NCBI GenBank assembly: GCA_028826165.1
Contig: JAPDFW010000107.1
Span: 1 to 64,000, forward strand
Direction of reading: 5' to 3'
Source of the DNA: Anaeramoeba ignava BMAN
Taxonomy: Eukaryota > Protista > Anaeramoebae
DNA: 64,000 nucleotides
The notes below the pieces were generated by a model. That model had not been told where the DNA came from, searched no databases, and saw only the letters and a program-made list of their open reading frames with translations. Below, one piece after another: positions 62,620 to 64,000 of the stretch (positions within the stretch are counted from its first letter, which is position 1; each line of letters starts with the position of its first letter). The position numbers and the translations under genes are program-made.

Positions 62620-64000
62620 TTAATTTAATTTAAATTTTCTTAATTAATTAATTTTATTAATATTTTATAATTAAATATTTATTCATTTCATATTTAGATT
62701 TTTATATAAATTTATTAAATTAATTTAATTTAAATATTATTTAATTTTTTAATTATTTTAATTTATAATTTAATTTAAATTTTCTTAATTAATTAATTTT
62801 ATTAATATTTTATAATTAAATATTTATTCATTTCATATTTAGATTTTTATATAAATTTATTAAAATTATTTAATTTAAATATTATTTAATTTTTAATTAT
62901 TTTAATTTATAATTTAATTTGATATTAATTAATTAATTAATTTTATTAATATTTTATAAATAAATATTTATTCATTTTATATTTATATTTTTATATAAAT
63001 TTATTAAATTAATTTAATTTAAATATTATTTAATTTTTAATTATTTTATTTTATAATTTAATTTGATATTAATTAATTAATTAATTTTATTAATATTTTA
63101 TAAATAAATATTTATTCATTTTATATTTATATTTTTATATAAATTTATTAAATTAATTTAATTTAAATATTATTTAATTTTTTAATTATTTTATTTATAA
63201 TTTAATTTAATATTTCTTAATTAATTAATTTTATTAATATTTTATAAATAAATATCTATTCATTTTATATTTAGATTTTTATATAAATTTATTAAATTAA
63301 TTTAATTTAAATATTATTTTATTATTTTAATTATTTTAATTTATAATTTAATTTAAATTTTCTTAATTAATTAATTTTATTAATATTTTATAAATAAATA
63401 TTTATTCATTTTATATTTAGATTTTTATATAAATTTATTAAAATTATTTGATTTAAATATTATTTTATTTTTTAATTATTTTAATTTATAATTTAATTTA
63501 AATTTTCTTAATTAATTAATTTTTTAATATTTTTATAATTAAATATTTATTCATTTCATATCTAGATTTTTATATAAATTTATTAAATTAATTTAATTTA
63601 AATATTATTTAATTTTTAATTATTTTATTTTATAATTTAATTTGATATTAATTAATTAATTAATTTTATTAATATTTTATAATTAAATATTTATTCATTT
63701 CATATTTAGATTTTTATATAAATTTATTAAAATTATTTAATTTAAATATTATTTTATTTTTAATTATTTTTAATTTATAATTTAATTTAATATTTCTTAT
63801 TTAATTAATTTTATTAATATTTTATAATTAAATATCTATTCATTTCATATCTAGATTTTTATATAAATTTATTAAATTTATTTAATTTAAATATTATTTT
63901 ATTTTTAATTATTTTAATTTATAATTTAATTTGATATTTTAATTAATTTTATTAATATTTTATAATTAAATATTTATTCATTTCATATTTAGATTTTTAT
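62620..64000. repeat. ~144-145-bp AT-rich tandem satellite, >=9 copies, running off the window end
   Basis: The marker attcattt(c/t)atattta recurs at 62681, 62826, 62970, 63114 and onward. Confidence 0.92.

Noticed and set aside
1-64000. Inteins (reported to be abundant in Anaeramoeba) in Ski2, USP or other genes
   Set aside because: No insertion with C/S start, His-Asn end or LAGLIDADG blocks was seen; conserved motifs are normally spaced.
1-64000. Alternative genetic code (stop reassignment)
   Set aside because: TAA and TGA terminate conserved genes at expected positions, and no in-frame stops occur within conserved domains once introns and indels are considered.
62620-64000. CRISPR array or MITE cluster
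   Set aside because: Whole units repeat head-to-tail with no unique spacers, terminal inverted repeats or target-site duplications evident.
1-64000. tRNA, rRNA, snRNA genes or transposase/reverse-transcriptase ORFs
   Set aside because: No GC-rich structured non-coding segment or mobile-element protein motif was recognised by eye; tRNAscan/Infernal were not run.

Overview
Extremely AT-rich, gene-dense eukaryotic (protist) nuclear DNA with GT-AG spliceosomal introns, the standard genetic code and pervasive simple-repeat expansions (NQ/NE/DSK runs in proteins; G-free satellites in introns and spacers). The RCC1-BTB tandem family, NQNQ/NENE runs and gene set resemble an Anaeramoeba-like metamonad; this identity is inference. 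About 18 protein genes can be reconstructed: three tandem RCC1-BTB paralogues, a probable VASt tail-anchored protein, NAD-dependent glycerol-3-phosphate dehydrogenase, GATAD1-like, CFAP58-like, TauE/SafE-like transporter, C2-RasGAP-DUF547, Ski2, a giant USP9/24/34-type deubiquitinase, BAG6, dynein roadblock, a CAP-G-like HEAT protein, a Mei2-like RRM protein, a highly divergent beta-like tubulin, FYVE-less spastizin and an S10 serine carboxypeptidase. Many ORF breaks sit in homopolymers and look like long-read indel errors. Highlights: a 4-nt microexon needed to complete the carboxypeptidase catalytic-His motif; tandem TCATTTT initiator-like motifs before most start codons; a tubulin with altered GTP-loop residues and a shortened M-loop; poly-A 3' splice sites; a possible recursive splice site; and a ~144-bp satellite at the right end. 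No inteins, transposons, CRISPR arrays or RNA genes were recognised.
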